Shown here: one piece after another, positions 8,097-18,820 of the stretch
How the letters are laid out: every line of letters begins with the position of its first letter
Numbering within the stretch: the first letter of the stretch is position 1
Origin: a virus
DNA length: 49,895 bases
IMG/VR virus record: IMGVR_UViG_3300045988_177506
Direction: 5' to 3' (one strand)
The notes under the pieces: generated by a model
What the model saw: the letters and a program-made list of their open reading frames with translations, nothing else
Told to the model about the DNA's origin: nothing
Database searches by the model: none
Position numbers and translations under genes: made by a program

Positions 8097-8379
8097 TGTC
8101 TGCGTCGTAGTGAAAGCTTTCCTCTACCTTCTTCGCGATTGTTGCTTGCACTTTATCTTCAAACGCTTTTTTTTCAGCCTCAGTATTGTTTTGTATCGTG
8201 ATAAGCGCCCGTGAATGGCGATCTTCCTCTGCCGATATAGAAGCATCTCTTTTTGCGTCGAACTCTGCAAATTTAGGCATAATTACATCGTTCTGCACTC
8301 TTGCTATCTGTTCCATTATTTTGCTATCACGTTCAGCCTTAAGCTTAGCAACAGTTTCTGCTATAATTTCGTCACGCAT
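8065..8379 (-). CDS. Hypothetical coiled-coil protein
   Basis: ORF. Confidence 0.45.
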   Translation of the reverse strand: MRDEIIAETVAKLKAERDSKIMEQIARVQNDVIMPKFAEFDAKRDASISAEEDRHSRALITIQNNTEAEKKAFEDKVQATIAKKVEESFHYDADIAALEKLLNS

Positions 8380-8659
8380 TGGTCGTTCCTCCAGTAAGTT
8401 CGTTGATAAGTGCTTCCGTATCGTCGCTGGTTTCTACGGGGGTAATTCCGTTGTCCGTGGTAATATCCGGGACTTCGATTTCGGTTTCTTCTACATACAG
8501 CTTTCTGTCGGAAACATATTTTTCACGGCGGTCAGCGTATTTCTGTTCAATTGCCGCGATTTCTTTGGCTTTTGCGTCGTCAATTCCACCGATGATTTTG
8601 TCAAACAGCGCAACGACTTCTTCATAGCCTTCTTTCGCTTTTTCTTGTTTTATAAACAT
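8372..8659 (-). CDS. Hypothetical acidic protein
   Basis: ORF. Confidence 0.45.
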   Translation of the reverse strand: MFIKQEKAKEGYEEVVALFDKIIGGIDDAKAKEIAAIEQKYADRREKYVSDRKLYVEETEIEVPDITTDNGITPVETSDDTEALINELTGGTTNA

Positions 8660-9378
8660 AAAAGTGTTCCTCCACTTGTTTTTGTACCTATATACTTAAT
8701 TAGGCTTTGTCCACCAAAAATAGTTCCTGCAACCGCAGCTGCCAACAAAAGAATAACCACAATTGCAACAATTATCTTAATAGCATTATTTTTTATCGAA
8801 TTGCACACATCGCCTACGATATCAATAACGCCACTCAGTAATGCACCACAAATAGTTATAGGCAACTTTATAATTTGTATAAGTATGAATATTAAGCTTG
8901 CGGGATAGAGCCAAAATTTCATTACGCTCATTGTCTTTTTCGTCGTAATTCCCGCGCACTTTAAGATATCTTTGTTGGCTTCATAGTATGCCTCGGCTTT
9001 ATCCGCCTCTTTTGCCATTTGCTCAACTTCGGCTTGCAAGCGGTTTTTTTGTTTTGCAAGCTCAGCAATTTCTCGTTCGCTCTCTTGCTTGACTTTTTGA
9101 ACTTCTTTGGCGATTTTTGCGGTTTCGGCTTCGACCCTTTTTGCCATAGCATCGTTTTTTAACTCTTCCGTCTTTTCAGAAACGAGTGTATCTACGGTGC
9201 CGTCGCGCTTTAATGCCTCTTTTGTGGATAAAAGGTCAATTGTCGCCTTAACATCATCGGTTTTTCGTGCATTTTGCTCAATTACCGCGCCCACAATATC
9301 AGGCTGTTTCGGCACAGGGACTGCATTTTTCGCCTCGGCAAGCTGTTTATCTAACTCTGCCAATTCTTTTTCGTCCAT
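8650..9378 (-). CDS. Long coiled-coil protein with a C-terminal membrane anchor (2 TM)
   Basis: Start MDEKELAELDK with RBS GGTGGTG. Has its own promoter at 9392..9420. Confidence 0.55.
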   Translation of the reverse strand: MDEKELAELDKQLAEAKNAVPVPKQPDIVGAVIEQNARKTDDVKATIDLLSTKEALKRDGTVDTLVSEKTEELKNDAMAKRVEAETAKIAKEVQKVKQESEREIAELAKQKNRLQAEVEQMAKEADKAEAYYEANKDILKCAGITTKKTMSVMKFWLYPASLIFILIQIIKLPITICGALLSGVIDIVGDVCNSIKNNAIKIIVAIVVILLLAAAVAGTIFGGQSLIKYIGTKTSGGTLLCL

Positions 9379-9391
9379 AGTTTTCACCACC

Positions 9392-9420
9392 ATTGTATAG
9401 TATTTTTTTCTTTTTGTCAA
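9392..9420 (-). promoter_or_regulatory. Sigma-70-like promoter TTGACA-17-TACAAT upstream of the membrane/lysis-region genes
   Basis: rc reads TTGACAaaaagaaaaaaatactaTACAAT, followed by an RBS and ATG. Confidence 0.55.
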
Positions 9421-10004
9421 CAGTTTTCGCAATTTTTTGCATAAAACTTATTTCCTAAGCTTGTTGCAGTTTGTTCAAACCATATTTCGTCATATATCGG
9501 TTGATTGCCGTCTTTGAACTTAAACTTTTCGTCAGCGAAATACCATACCCCAAAAATATAAGTATAAAACGCTAAAAAAGCACCAATATATTTGATTATA
9601 CGCGGTTCTACGCCTAAACAAAGTATAGAAAGTGAAGTTAAAGCCAAAACTATTAGACAGCCGTTATAGATTAAATCCTTATATGACTTGCTTTCGTACA
9701 TCCAATAGCGCGTTGCGGATGGCAAACACACAAATAATGGCATAAAAATTCCAAATATAAGGTTTTGAAAGCAATGTCCGTGTTCGTGGCAAAGCGTGTC
9801 TAACGACGGGTTAGGCGAAGTTATGAACATAGCGCCGAGTGAAACACCACCCCAATTTTTGTTGCCTGTCTCAAAATAATAGGTCAACCCAAACTTTTTA
9901 GGCTTACACCCTTTGAAAAAAAGGACAAGAGTGGCAACAAGACCTACAAGTGTCATTGGCAAGCCCCAAGTAAGAGAACCAAACCAATAAAAGAATTTTT
10001 TCAT
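9417..10004 (-). CDS. Integral membrane protein with an HEHGH (HExxH) motif; putative membrane metallopeptidase
   Basis: LDTLCHEHGHCFQNLIFGIFMPLF and at least 4 hydrophobic helices. Confidence 0.45.
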   Translation of the reverse strand: MKKFFYWFGSLTWGLPMTLVGLVATLVLFFKGCKPKKFGLTYYFETGNKNWGGVSLGAMFITSPNPSLDTLCHEHGHCFQNLIFGIFMPLFVCLPSATRYWMYESKSYKDLIYNGCLIVLALTSLSILCLGVEPRIIKYIGAFLAFYTYIFGVWYFADEKFKFKDGNQPIYDEIWFEQTATSLGNKFYAKNCENC

Positions 10005-10015
10005 AACTCACTCCT

Positions 10016-11074
10016 TTATATTTCTGTAACAGTATCTGTCCAACTCTCTGTCGCCAACGAAGTATAAGTAGACAAAGTATCGGAACTTGCACTATATAGT
10101 TTAATCCCAAAGTTACCAGTTGTAGTATCAGTTGAAACTGAAATTATCTCCCCAATAATAGAGGTCTTATCTTGACTGTATGAATATCCGTTAACCATTG
10201 TTGTCGAAGTAAAATCAGAAACCGTTAACTCCGTTGAATTACTGTTGTTTATCGTAAATTCAAACCAATAAGTTCCTCTGTCGGGTCGTGGGGTTGTATA
10301 GTACCCAGTTACATAATGTCTATATAGTCCACCACCAGAAGAAGCTGTTTTCTTTGTGTATACCCAAGCTTTTGAAGTCAACAAAACAACTGAATAAGTG
10401 GTTTTACCAGTTGTTACTTCATAGAGCCTTCCAGCTGATGTATCTTGTACCAACGGCATTATGGTCACTTGGTTAACGCCAGTAGTCGCTTTCAAAAAAG
10501 ACATTTTAGCACTTGTAATGTACGAATAATATCGAGCGGCAAGGGTTCCTTGTGTTGTGGTTTGGACGTCCCCTATGTCTATGACCGGATATATCTCATT
10601 AGTATTTACCGCCAGCGTTTTCCCGGAAGCTGAAAAAGTTAATCCTGTACTGATTGTCAATAGTCCGGTAGTTGTTGTGGCTGAACCTGCTTGTTTTATC
10701 CCAGTTACTGCCGATATAAGTGCCGTATACGCTTTACTTGTAAACGCTTTTGTTGAAAGCGTAATTGTCACCACATATATAATGTTGTTGACATTAGTAG
10801 AATATACTAATTGGGTGGGACTTAACTGTGTTAAAGTATATATACGTCCATCATATTCAAGTTTATTAAAAGGAGATACTTGCAGTTTCGCCAACTGTTC
10901 ATCGGTGATAGGTGAACTCGTAATTGTTACAATTTCACCACCGCTTCCGCCGCTCTCACTTTTCTTCGCATACGTTTCAACAATGTCGTTTCCCTCACCG
11001 TCGTACTTAGCGCAAAGGTCAAGGTCAACCACAGTAGTTTCATCTTGTCGTATTTGCGGTTTGTACTTTGCCAT
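10016..11074 (-). CDS. S/T-rich tail-associated protein (receptor-binding or fibre-like)
   Basis: T/S-rich beta-type composition, adjacent to the tail fibre gene. Confidence 0.45.
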   Translation of the reverse strand: MAKYKPQIRQDETTVVDLDLCAKYDGEGNDIVETYAKKSESGGSGGEIVTITSSPITDEQLAKLQVSPFNKLEYDGRIYTLTQLSPTQLVYSTNVNNIIYVVTITLSTKAFTSKAYTALISAVTGIKQAGSATTTTGLLTISTGLTFSASGKTLAVNTNEIYPVIDIGDVQTTTQGTLAARYYSYITSAKMSFLKATTGVNQVTIMPLVQDTSAGRLYEVTTGKTTYSVVLLTSKAWVYTKKTASSGGGLYRHYVTGYYTTPRPDRGTYWFEFTINNSNSTELTVSDFTSTTMVNGYSYSQDKTSIIGEIISVSTDTTTGNFGIKLYSASSDTLSTYTSLATESWTDTVTEI

Positions 11075-11077
11075 TTA

Positions 11078-12340
11078 TTATATCTCCTTGAAGAAAAGTC
11101 CACCGATTGCAAGGTTAGTTGTCGGAGTATTTGTTCCTGTTTTATCCCCGACTTCTATAAGTTGCGCACCAGCGGTGACAAGCCCTTTTGCGTTTACGCT
11201 AACCGCAGAATAAGTCCCCGCCGTTACACCGGAAGCGGCAAGCGTTACAGCAATTTCTTTGTTAGCAGTGCCATCAAAAGTGGTTTCCCCCGTTGCATCC
11301 CCGGTCAGGGAAATCTTGCGTGCGGTTTCTAATTGTTTCGCTTTGCCCGCAACAGTAGTACCGTTGGTAATTTTAGCGATATTGTCGGTATTGGTTTTTA
11401 CTGCGGAATATACGCCGCCTGAAGTTACCGGGTTGGTACTGTTAGCTGTTGGAACTTCATCGAACGTAAGTTTGTCTTGCTTTCCGTTCCACGTGGTTTT
11501 TTCCGTATCGGTAACCACACGATGCGTTGTATCTTGACTGGCATCTGAAAGCTTGCCACTTGTCGCTATGGTTGCAAGATCGCTGGTTTTAGTATAATTT
11601 GCTAACTTAGTATCTACTTGGTTAAGAACATTTGTTTGTAACTCGGTAAGGTCATTGTAGGTAGGGAAATTAGATAAGTCTAATTTTTGCTCACCGAGTT
11701 TTTCCCACTTGTTATCTATGTATATATATTCGATATATAGGTTTTGTTGTTCTTGCTCATTCGGGTTTTGCGTTGCCAAAACAAGATATACCGTGGTCGG
11801 AGATATGTCTGTCGTAGGAAGAGCATCTACAACTTGAATTGCGAATTTCGGGATAGCACTGATATTGTTATTGATTGTAGTTATCTTCCCGTCAATATCA
11901 GTTTTATTATAATAAGTAGTTCCCATTTCAGTCTTATTATAATAGTTGGTCAAATCATTGACAGTTTTTGTAATAAAGTCAGTAACATCCGGAATTTCCG
12001 TTTTGTCGGCTTTTAAATCCAAAGCAGTCTGCGTAGCGGTCGATATTGGTTTCTCGGCATCCGAAGTGTTTTCGACTTTACCTAAGCCAACATTCGCTTT
12101 GGTGATATTTACTTGTCCAAGTCTGTAAGCGGTTTCTGCCTCACCTTTTACGCCAGTAACAACGCCGCCGCCCGTGATTGCAGCAATATTATTGTTTAAT
12201 TCTTCAAGCGCACTTTTTACATCAGTTGCTTGGATACCTGTCGCCGCAACCTTTACAATATCTGCATCGGTTTCAGGGTGTAAAGTAAGTGCTTCGCCCG
12301 AAGCCTGTTTCTGCTGAATAACATACTTTTTAGTAGCCAT
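11078..12340 (-). CDS. Tail fibre protein
   Basis: Repeated tail-fibre motifs (TQTALDLKADKTEIP, VTDTEKTTWNGKQDK, TSDLATIATSGKLSDASQD). Confidence 0.6.
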   Translation of the reverse strand: MATKKYVIQQKQASGEALTLHPETDADIVKVAATGIQATDVKSALEELNNNIAAITGGGVVTGVKGEAETAYRLGQVNITKANVGLGKVENTSDAEKPISTATQTALDLKADKTEIPDVTDFITKTVNDLTNYYNKTEMGTTYYNKTDIDGKITTINNNISAIPKFAIQVVDALPTTDISPTTVYLVLATQNPNEQEQQNLYIEYIYIDNKWEKLGEQKLDLSNFPTYNDLTELQTNVLNQVDTKLANYTKTSDLATIATSGKLSDASQDTTHRVVTDTEKTTWNGKQDKLTFDEVPTANSTNPVTSGGVYSAVKTNTDNIAKITNGTTVAGKAKQLETARKISLTGDATGETTFDGTANKEIAVTLAASGVTAGTYSAVSVNAKGLVTAGAQLIEVGDKTGTNTPTTNLAIGGLFFKEI

Positions 12341-13014
12341 TAATTTATCTCCTTAAAAATATAATCTTTTTCGCCCCAGTCCGTAGGCGTAGTTTGTACT
12401 GTTTGTATTTTCGTATTTACTCTGTCCTCAACGTCATCTTTCGTAGCAATTTTCAACGTTTGGAATAAATAACTTTCGTCAATCGCAATTGCACCTTGAT
12501 TGTCTTCCTTTATACCTTTACCCAATTTCAGGATCGGGGCAACGTCAAGTTGTATCCCAAAGTTTTTCCCAAACATACGTTCAAAATTAAGAGTATGGTT
12601 GTCAAGCGTAACGTTTGTAATGCTCATTGTCAGCAGAGCGGACAAATTTTCTTTTTGAGCAGGGTCTATTTCAATAGGACTTGCGGGGTCTTTCGCTTCC
12701 ATAAACGAAAAAGTCTCGCTTTCCGAATTTTTGATAGTCCCGTCAGTGCGGATAAAGGAAAAACTGATATTTACGCAACGATAGCGGCTGATATTACCAC
12801 GAATAGTATAAACGTTTTTATCCATAGCAACATTGTCGATTATTTCACCAAAACCGTTGGCAATAATCATCGTGCAACCGCTGTCTTTTTCAATTTTAGG
12901 ACGGACGATTTCTATCTGTTCATACAAATCATCATATTGACGTCCCAAAACATAGTTATCAGCTTCAAGTGTATAACGGTCATAGCCCGTATCTTTTATA
13001 TATATTACAGTCAT
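12340..13014 (-). CDS. Tail/baseplate-associated hypothetical protein
   Basis: Start at the internal ATG after GGAGG. Promoter-like TTGACA-17-TAAAAT at about 13016..13049. Confidence 0.5.
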   Translation of the reverse strand: MTVIYIKDTGYDRYTLEADNYVLGRQYDDLYEQIEIVRPKIEKDSGCTMIIANGFGEIIDNVAMDKNVYTIRGNISRYRCVNISFSFIRTDGTIKNSESETFSFMEAKDPASPIEIDPAQKENLSALLTMSITNVTLDNHTLNFERMFGKNFGIQLDVAPILKLGKGIKEDNQGAIAIDESYLFQTLKIATKDDVEDRVNTKIQTVQTTPTDWGEKDYIFKEIN

Positions 13015-13033
13015 AATGACCTCCAATAGTATT

Positions 13034-13351
13034 TTAGCCTACATTTTCATCGTTGTCAAGTATTTCCGTCGAAATAATGGCAAAAAGTGACGAATTTACT
13101 ATATATTCTGGAGCAATTTTTATTTGCGGTGCTGCACCGGCGCCACAAGCCCACTCAGAATTGTTCTTTTTGTTTAGTATATACCATCCGACTTCACCCA
13201 AAAATTTGTAACGCCATTCTATCTGCATGCTTACGAACAAAACACCATCGCGGTATTCTATGTAGTCACCGTTCGGGGCTGTATATATCGGAATAGGTGA
13301 ATTGACAAAATCAAGAATGTTTAACGTGCTGTTCAGTAAATATTGTTTCAT
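13034..13351 (-). CDS. Hypothetical protein
   Basis: ORF between Tal and the downstream gene. Confidence 0.5.
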   Translation of the reverse strand: MKQYLLNSTLNILDFVNSPIPIYTAPNGDYIEYRDGVLFVSMQIEWRYKFLGEVGWYILNKKNNSEWACGAGAAPQIKIAPEYIVNSSLFAIISTEILDNDENVG

Positions 13352-16296
13352 GCGTCCACCTCACCTATACAAAAAGCAAACGCTACTCTTAAAAAATATG
13401 TAGCAGTTAACCTTAAACACGTCGCTGTTTTAGAACTATATAAAAAATCACTGGATACACCATTAACAAGTTTATTGGAACAAGAACGTGTCCACCAGTT
13501 TACTGTTATATTTTCACTATCATAAAGGATCTTGTTCCCTTCTGCCTTGAAATATTCATACGGTGTTCCCTCTACCCCGAAAGCATAATCAGTTGTGTAT
13601 CCCAATTCAGCAGCTGATAAAAGGAATAGTTTATCTTGGCTTATATGCGAGGCATTTGCTCTATCATAAAATACCTTTTCTACAAGTTTTACTTTTCCAC
13701 GCAATTCTTCAGGCAATTTTTGAAAGACGGAGGAAGACGTATCACCGTTAAGAGTTTCATGCATAGAACAGGTGTTCCATACCCCACCAGTTGGTTGAAT
13801 TGTGCTATTCATTCTATACAAGGTGGCAAGAGGCGTTTTTATAAAGAATGTTATGCCCGCTTTCTTCGTGTCGCTTATTTTATCGTGGTTGAACCCGATT
13901 ATAACAGCAGTGAGTTTTTCGCCCGTGCTTAACTCTATCTCTTTTTTGTCACCGATAGAAAACACGTTTTGTGCTTGCCCGCTGTTGGCGATGCTTTCAA
14001 TCGTTTCCCACGACATGTATTTCAATCCACGGTTGCCGCTTGTGATTTCCTGCAATTCTAACTTTTGGTGAGGATATCCGTCATATATCAAATCCGTTCC
14101 CGTAACACGCCACAAATACGGATTGCCGTCGGCATAGTTATATATACTGTCCCCAAATGAATTGCGGTCAAGCCGAACAACATCGCCGATATGAATGATT
14201 TCGCCTTCGCTCGCTTGTTTTGCAATTGTCCCATCTGTATATTTTAGCTGGTCTAAGGTGATTTCAGTAGTACAAGTACTAACGCCATTTGCATAATCTG
14301 AAAGAATAGAATTTGATAATCTATCAACAACAGACCCAATTTTGTCATAAGACACATAATGGGATGTGATAGATAAGATATATCCATTTGTAGCATTTCC
14401 ACTGGTTATAGTAACTTCGTCTATCCCACGATCGTAGTTTCTTTTCCCGTAATATTTAATCCCCACCGTTAAATTATTAAGTGATGTTCCAGTGCCTAAA
14501 GTCTTGTATATTCCTGTTTCTGGGTCAAATGAATAAAGTGACCATAAACTTTCTCCATCATCCCCATATAATGCGTTTAATTGAGCCGTAGAAAGAGACA
14601 CATTATTTTTACTTTCGGCTTGGTTATCAATATATGTCGAAGCAAAAAAAGCTTTATCTTGCAAAAGTTGATTGCCTTCAATTGTTGTTGTCCCGGTACT
14701 TCCAAAGGTCGCAATAGCGTCGTCAAAAGCAATTGTTGTTTTCGTCCCACGCAGTTTAATTTCAATGTTTAATGGAGAAACGTTTTCACAAAAGCCAGCC
14801 CAATCAGCAGGACAATTATACTTGACCTCACCCACGGTTGTACTCTCGCCCCATAACCCACAAGAATATAAAACATATTTAGTATATCCTACGGGGAGGA
14901 TTAGATTATTTACGTAGTAGAAATCATCGTCTTCTGTTATTGTATAAGCTGGTGAATTGTCGGTGTTCCCAGCAATATTTGAATAGTTAAAAGATAGTTC
15001 TACTTTTTGTGAATAATGGTTTACTATTACTTCGTTTTGGACATAGTTGTTTGTAACAGTCTCTGAAAAACTTTCTCCAATAGAAAGACGCTCAGTTGTA
15101 TATGTCGTATATAATCTGTTTACATCTGTTTTACTAAGAGCATTATGCGAAACATTAGAAGCCGTACAATACCCACGTCCTCGTGAGCATTCTACAACAA
15201 AAGAAATATAAGGTGTTTCTGTAGCATCAACTCCAGCGGGGACATTATTTATTTTGGTCAAATTGTTGTCAAATAATTTAGGAAACTTAAAAGAAAAGCT
15301 CACATATGACATTGTAACAAACATCTTTGTGCCATAATAAACATGATACAAGTAAGAACCATAGATTGTTTCGTTCTCATTTTTTGCTTCTGCGATTTTG
15401 TCATAATTGGTTATTCCTGGAAATAATGCTGTTCTATAGGTAAAAACATCTGTATCACTATATTTGTTAATATTCACTAAATTTGAATGTAGTGATACTC
15501 CTAACTGTTTATTTTTCAATAAAACATCTCTAATCGGGAATGTATTTTGATTTGTCGGCAATATTGCAATAGCCTTTTCACTTTTTGCCTTTGCTGGGCG
15601 GGCATTGAAAAAGCGTATGTTTTTAGGATAAACACCACCGCTTTCGTTAGTCTCGGAATAGTTCAACTGCGCAACGGTGCATATTTTATCTACCGTAGAA
15701 CGTAAATTGTCTGCTGCAAGATAATCGTACGGAATTATTATGCGTTGCAAATATTGCTTTACCGTCATATCCTTTATTACAGCACCCATATTAACACTGA
15801 TAGTACGACTGCACATAGCATCAACATCGGCTTGCATAACGGTGTTTGATTTATCCCACTTTAAAGTGGTTATTAAAACATAACTTAATATTTCATACAA
15901 GTTAGGTTTTATGGCGTCGTCAGCACGCAAAGAATAATCACGCCCTGCAAACTGTATTTTATCCCAGTTGCTAATATTATCTACAAGCGAAACAAAGAGT
16001 TCGCCCGAATTTTCTTCGTAATCACTGTCGCTTGTTTTGAAAACGCCTTGCAGTTTGTCGTTGTAATACGTTTTAATAGTGGTATCACTTAAATCAAAAG
16101 TACCGTCGATGACTTTATCTACAATCTCACGTTGTGTGTCATCGATTTTCATACTGCCTGTTTTCGGCACTCCGCCATAGAATATTTCTTTGGGAGCATG
16201 CGTGGATTGCGTTGTAGTTGTCTGTTCGGTCAGCCCATTATATGTATCGACGGTGTATTCTGTGCCGTCGGTTTTGCGCAATGTCGTTTTATACAT
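13348..16296 (-). CDS. Tail-associated lysin-like / baseplate Tal-type large tail protein
   Basis: 982 aa, immediately downstream of Dit; the order TMP-Dit-Tal is conserved in Gram-positive siphophages. Confidence 0.6.
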   Translation of the reverse strand: MYKTTLRKTDGTEYTVDTYNGLTEQTTTTQSTHAPKEIFYGGVPKTGSMKIDDTQREIVDKVIDGTFDLSDTTIKTYYNDKLQGVFKTSDSDYEENSGELFVSLVDNISNWDKIQFAGRDYSLRADDAIKPNLYEILSYVLITTLKWDKSNTVMQADVDAMCSRTISVNMGAVIKDMTVKQYLQRIIIPYDYLAADNLRSTVDKICTVAQLNYSETNESGGVYPKNIRFFNARPAKAKSEKAIAILPTNQNTFPIRDVLLKNKQLGVSLHSNLVNINKYSDTDVFTYRTALFPGITNYDKIAEAKNENETIYGSYLYHVYYGTKMFVTMSYVSFSFKFPKLFDNNLTKINNVPAGVDATETPYISFVVECSRGRGYCTASNVSHNALSKTDVNRLYTTYTTERLSIGESFSETVTNNYVQNEVIVNHYSQKVELSFNYSNIAGNTDNSPAYTITEDDDFYYVNNLILPVGYTKYVLYSCGLWGESTTVGEVKYNCPADWAGFCENVSPLNIEIKLRGTKTTIAFDDAIATFGSTGTTTIEGNQLLQDKAFFASTYIDNQAESKNNVSLSTAQLNALYGDDGESLWSLYSFDPETGIYKTLGTGTSLNNLTVGIKYYGKRNYDRGIDEVTITSGNATNGYILSITSHYVSYDKIGSVVDRLSNSILSDYANGVSTCTTEITLDQLKYTDGTIAKQASEGEIIHIGDVVRLDRNSFGDSIYNYADGNPYLWRVTGTDLIYDGYPHQKLELQEITSGNRGLKYMSWETIESIANSGQAQNVFSIGDKKEIELSTGEKLTAVIIGFNHDKISDTKKAGITFFIKTPLATLYRMNSTIQPTGGVWNTCSMHETLNGDTSSSVFQKLPEELRGKVKLVEKVFYDRANASHISQDKLFLLSAAELGYTTDYAFGVEGTPYEYFKAEGNKILYDSENITVNWWTRSCSNKLVNGVSSDFLYSSKTATCLRLTATYFLRVAFAFCIGEVDA

Positions 16297-17054
16297 TAGT
16301 TAGCCTCCCAGATCGGGTAGAGGGTAATATTCGCCGAAACGGTAATCAATGCGTCTTTATAGTACTTCTTAGTAGTAGCTGTTTCCGCGGTAGTAGTTGC
16401 CCAATGCGAAATGTGATATCCCACTTTGGTGTATATGTCATCTTTCAATTGTATTGAATAAAGGTAATCTTTCACTTGGATGACATCCCCCGAAGTATTT
16501 GAAGCCACCGTAATGCCAGCCTTGTTAGACTTGTTAAAAGTGCCGCCATTCGCCTTTAATGTTACGGTGTATTTTTTATCGGTCTTATCCCTATTCGTCG
16601 CCACAAGTTCAATTTTCGTGTTTAAGGTGCCAATATACGCAGTATTGAACAAATACAACGTATCAAGTGATTTAGTAGTCAATGCCATTTCTTCATCCTC
16701 TACCCATTCACATAATTCGCTGTTGTAAAATGTCACATAGCAAACACGCTCACGGCTAATAGCCATAAGTGCTTTGTAATCTGCAACATTCATATACTTA
16801 AACGAAACAGCCACGCGGTCTACAAAAGAGAATTTTGCCGTATCGATATTCGATAATGCAAAAGAAGTGCTTCGCGTTAATTCTGCGCCCCACGTCGGCT
16901 CACTCCACCCGATATTGCCTTCACGTGCTACGCGAGTAAATGGATAACGATAATAGCCAGCACCAGTTATAAATAAAGTGCCAGCCCCATAAGTCTTTCC
17001 GTTTTCGGTGCGTGAAGTGTCAATTTTATTGTTTCTATCGACGAATAATTCCAT
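16296..17054 (-). CDS. Distal tail protein (Dit)
   Basis: About 250 aa, immediately after TMP. Confidence 0.55.
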   Translation of the reverse strand: MELFVDRNNKIDTSRTENGKTYGAGTLFITGAGYYRYPFTRVAREGNIGWSEPTWGAELTRSTSFALSNIDTAKFSFVDRVAVSFKYMNVADYKALMAISRERVCYVTFYNSELCEWVEDEEMALTTKSLDTLYLFNTAYIGTLNTKIELVATNRDKTDKKYTVTLKANGGTFNKSNKAGITVASNTSGDVIQVKDYLYSIQLKDDIYTKVGYHISHWATTTAETATTKKYYKDALITVSANITLYPIWEAN

Positions 17055-17057
17055 AGT

Positions 17058-18815
17058 TTATCTCCAACCTAATTGCGGGTTAGTACGACGTACGCCCTCA
17101 CGGAAGCCTTCGCTTTCTACGACTGCTCTGCCAACATCGTTTGCGTTAAGTGTAAGTTTTGCCTTATCCAACTCACCACGTGCAGCACCGTAACGGACAA
17201 GTGCATTGTACATTGCCTCTGTGAACTGTTCAATGTTGGTAACACCAGTACCGCTTTTGCCACGGGCGACAACTTCTGCACCGCTTTCACCTGCAACTGC
17301 GTACATTGTGCCTGCGCTTTCAAGAATACCGCCGTTTGCGTATGCGGTCGAACCACGCGCCCCTCCACCATTTATTCCGCCTTTATTAGCCGACGATATT
17401 GAATTGTTGATAGTCCCAAAAATGCCCGCAAGCACACCAGCTATACCAATGCCATATGCCACAGCCCCTTTTAAGCCAGCTTTAGCACCAGCAACTGCGA
17501 CACCCACACCAACTAATACAGCAATTATGCCTTGCAATACTTTTACAATAGTTGGCGCTTCGCTTTTGATTAAAACAATAGTACCGGCAATTGCAGCGAC
17601 TATGGCAGACCCCCATAGAACGATTGTCCCAATATTTGCTTTCAATACTGTTCCCAAAGCCTTGAATTTTTCTATTAAAGGTTTTAAGTCTACGGTTTTA
17701 ATGGTCGCACTTAATTTTGCAAAAGACAATGCCATATCTAAGCCTTTAATAAGAAGAAATGCATCTACAAAGGTTTTTATTGTTGCAATTGTCTTGAAAA
17801 TATCAGTGTTCAAATCATCGAACGTCTTACCTTGACTTTCCGCAAATTCCGACAACCCCTCTTTTGTCATTTCAACGGTCTTCAGATATTTGGAAGCGTC
17901 AAAATCGAACGGGGAAGAGGTTTTATTCCCAAGCGTAGTAAACTTATCAAAAGATAGCAACACGCCTTGTGCCTCCGAGGCTGTTTTTGCATAATCTTTC
18001 ATTGCTTCCGTGTTTACAAGCGTTACCTCTTTCGCCCCGCGCAATTTAGCTATAATAATAGCAAAACTATTTGCGAAATCTACAATCTTATAAGCAAGTT
18101 TGGTTAACAGCGGTTCCAACAGCATGAGCGGTTGGTATAAAGCTACCGATAATGATGCCTTTAGTAAATCTGCGTTTTTTGCCAAGTTCGACATAGACTG
18201 GTTGAATGCTTCGCTTTGCTTTGCAATTTCAGCGAAACCTTCTTTCAACCCAGATGTCATTGTGCGAATAAGTGTTGAAGCAATATTATAAGTTATAATA
18301 CGTTTTATGTTCTTAAAAAAGCCAACATACTTATCTAAACGTTTTTGCAGTTCGTCATACAAACTGATTGAATTTTTTAAGTTGTTTTGCTCTTTTTCTT
18401 GATTTTTTATAAAATCAGTTTGCGATTTTTGTTGTTGCGGATCGGAGATAGGAACACCTTGCCCTTTCCCCGCAACTTGTACGCTTTCCTGCCGTATTTG
18501 CGAAGTGCTTTTTTTCGCTAAGTTTGTTGCATTCTTAAAGCTTGTGGACTTAAGAATTGACGCCATAGCTTGCAAGCCCACTTCTGCCTTTTTAATTTCT
18601 TTTACGAACGGCTTAATAGCCTCAGTCATTGCCATAAATTTAGTCGTAAATAACTGTGTATCAAAGCCTTGAACCTTAGCCGTGCCTTGTAGTGCATTAC
18701 GTAAGCGCTTTAATGCTGACGTAAACGCCTTTATTTTTTGGTCGGCGGAACCGCCCTCAGTTGTGTCTTGCACGCCATATTCAAGTATAAGTTTGTCAAT
18801 GGTTTGTCCCGCCAT
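17058..18815 (-). CDS. Tape measure protein
   Basis: 585 aa with a coiled-coil N-terminal part and Gly/Ala-rich hydrophobic stretches (AGAKAGLKGAVAYGIGIAGVLAGIFG). Preceded by the G/GT chaperone pair. Confidence 0.75.
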   Translation of the reverse strand: MAGQTIDKLILEYGVQDTTEGGSADQKIKAFTSALKRLRNALQGTAKVQGFDTQLFTTKFMAMTEAIKPFVKEIKKAEVGLQAMASILKSTSFKNATNLAKKSTSQIRQESVQVAGKGQGVPISDPQQQKSQTDFIKNQEKEQNNLKNSISLYDELQKRLDKYVGFFKNIKRIITYNIASTLIRTMTSGLKEGFAEIAKQSEAFNQSMSNLAKNADLLKASLSVALYQPLMLLEPLLTKLAYKIVDFANSFAIIIAKLRGAKEVTLVNTEAMKDYAKTASEAQGVLLSFDKFTTLGNKTSSPFDFDASKYLKTVEMTKEGLSEFAESQGKTFDDLNTDIFKTIATIKTFVDAFLLIKGLDMALSFAKLSATIKTVDLKPLIEKFKALGTVLKANIGTIVLWGSAIVAAIAGTIVLIKSEAPTIVKVLQGIIAVLVGVGVAVAGAKAGLKGAVAYGIGIAGVLAGIFGTINNSISSANKGGINGGGARGSTAYANGGILESAGTMYAVAGESGAEVVARGKSGTGVTNIEQFTEAMYNALVRYGAARGELDKAKLTLNANDVGRAVVESEGFREGVRRTNPQLGWR

Positions 18816-18820
18816 AATTG

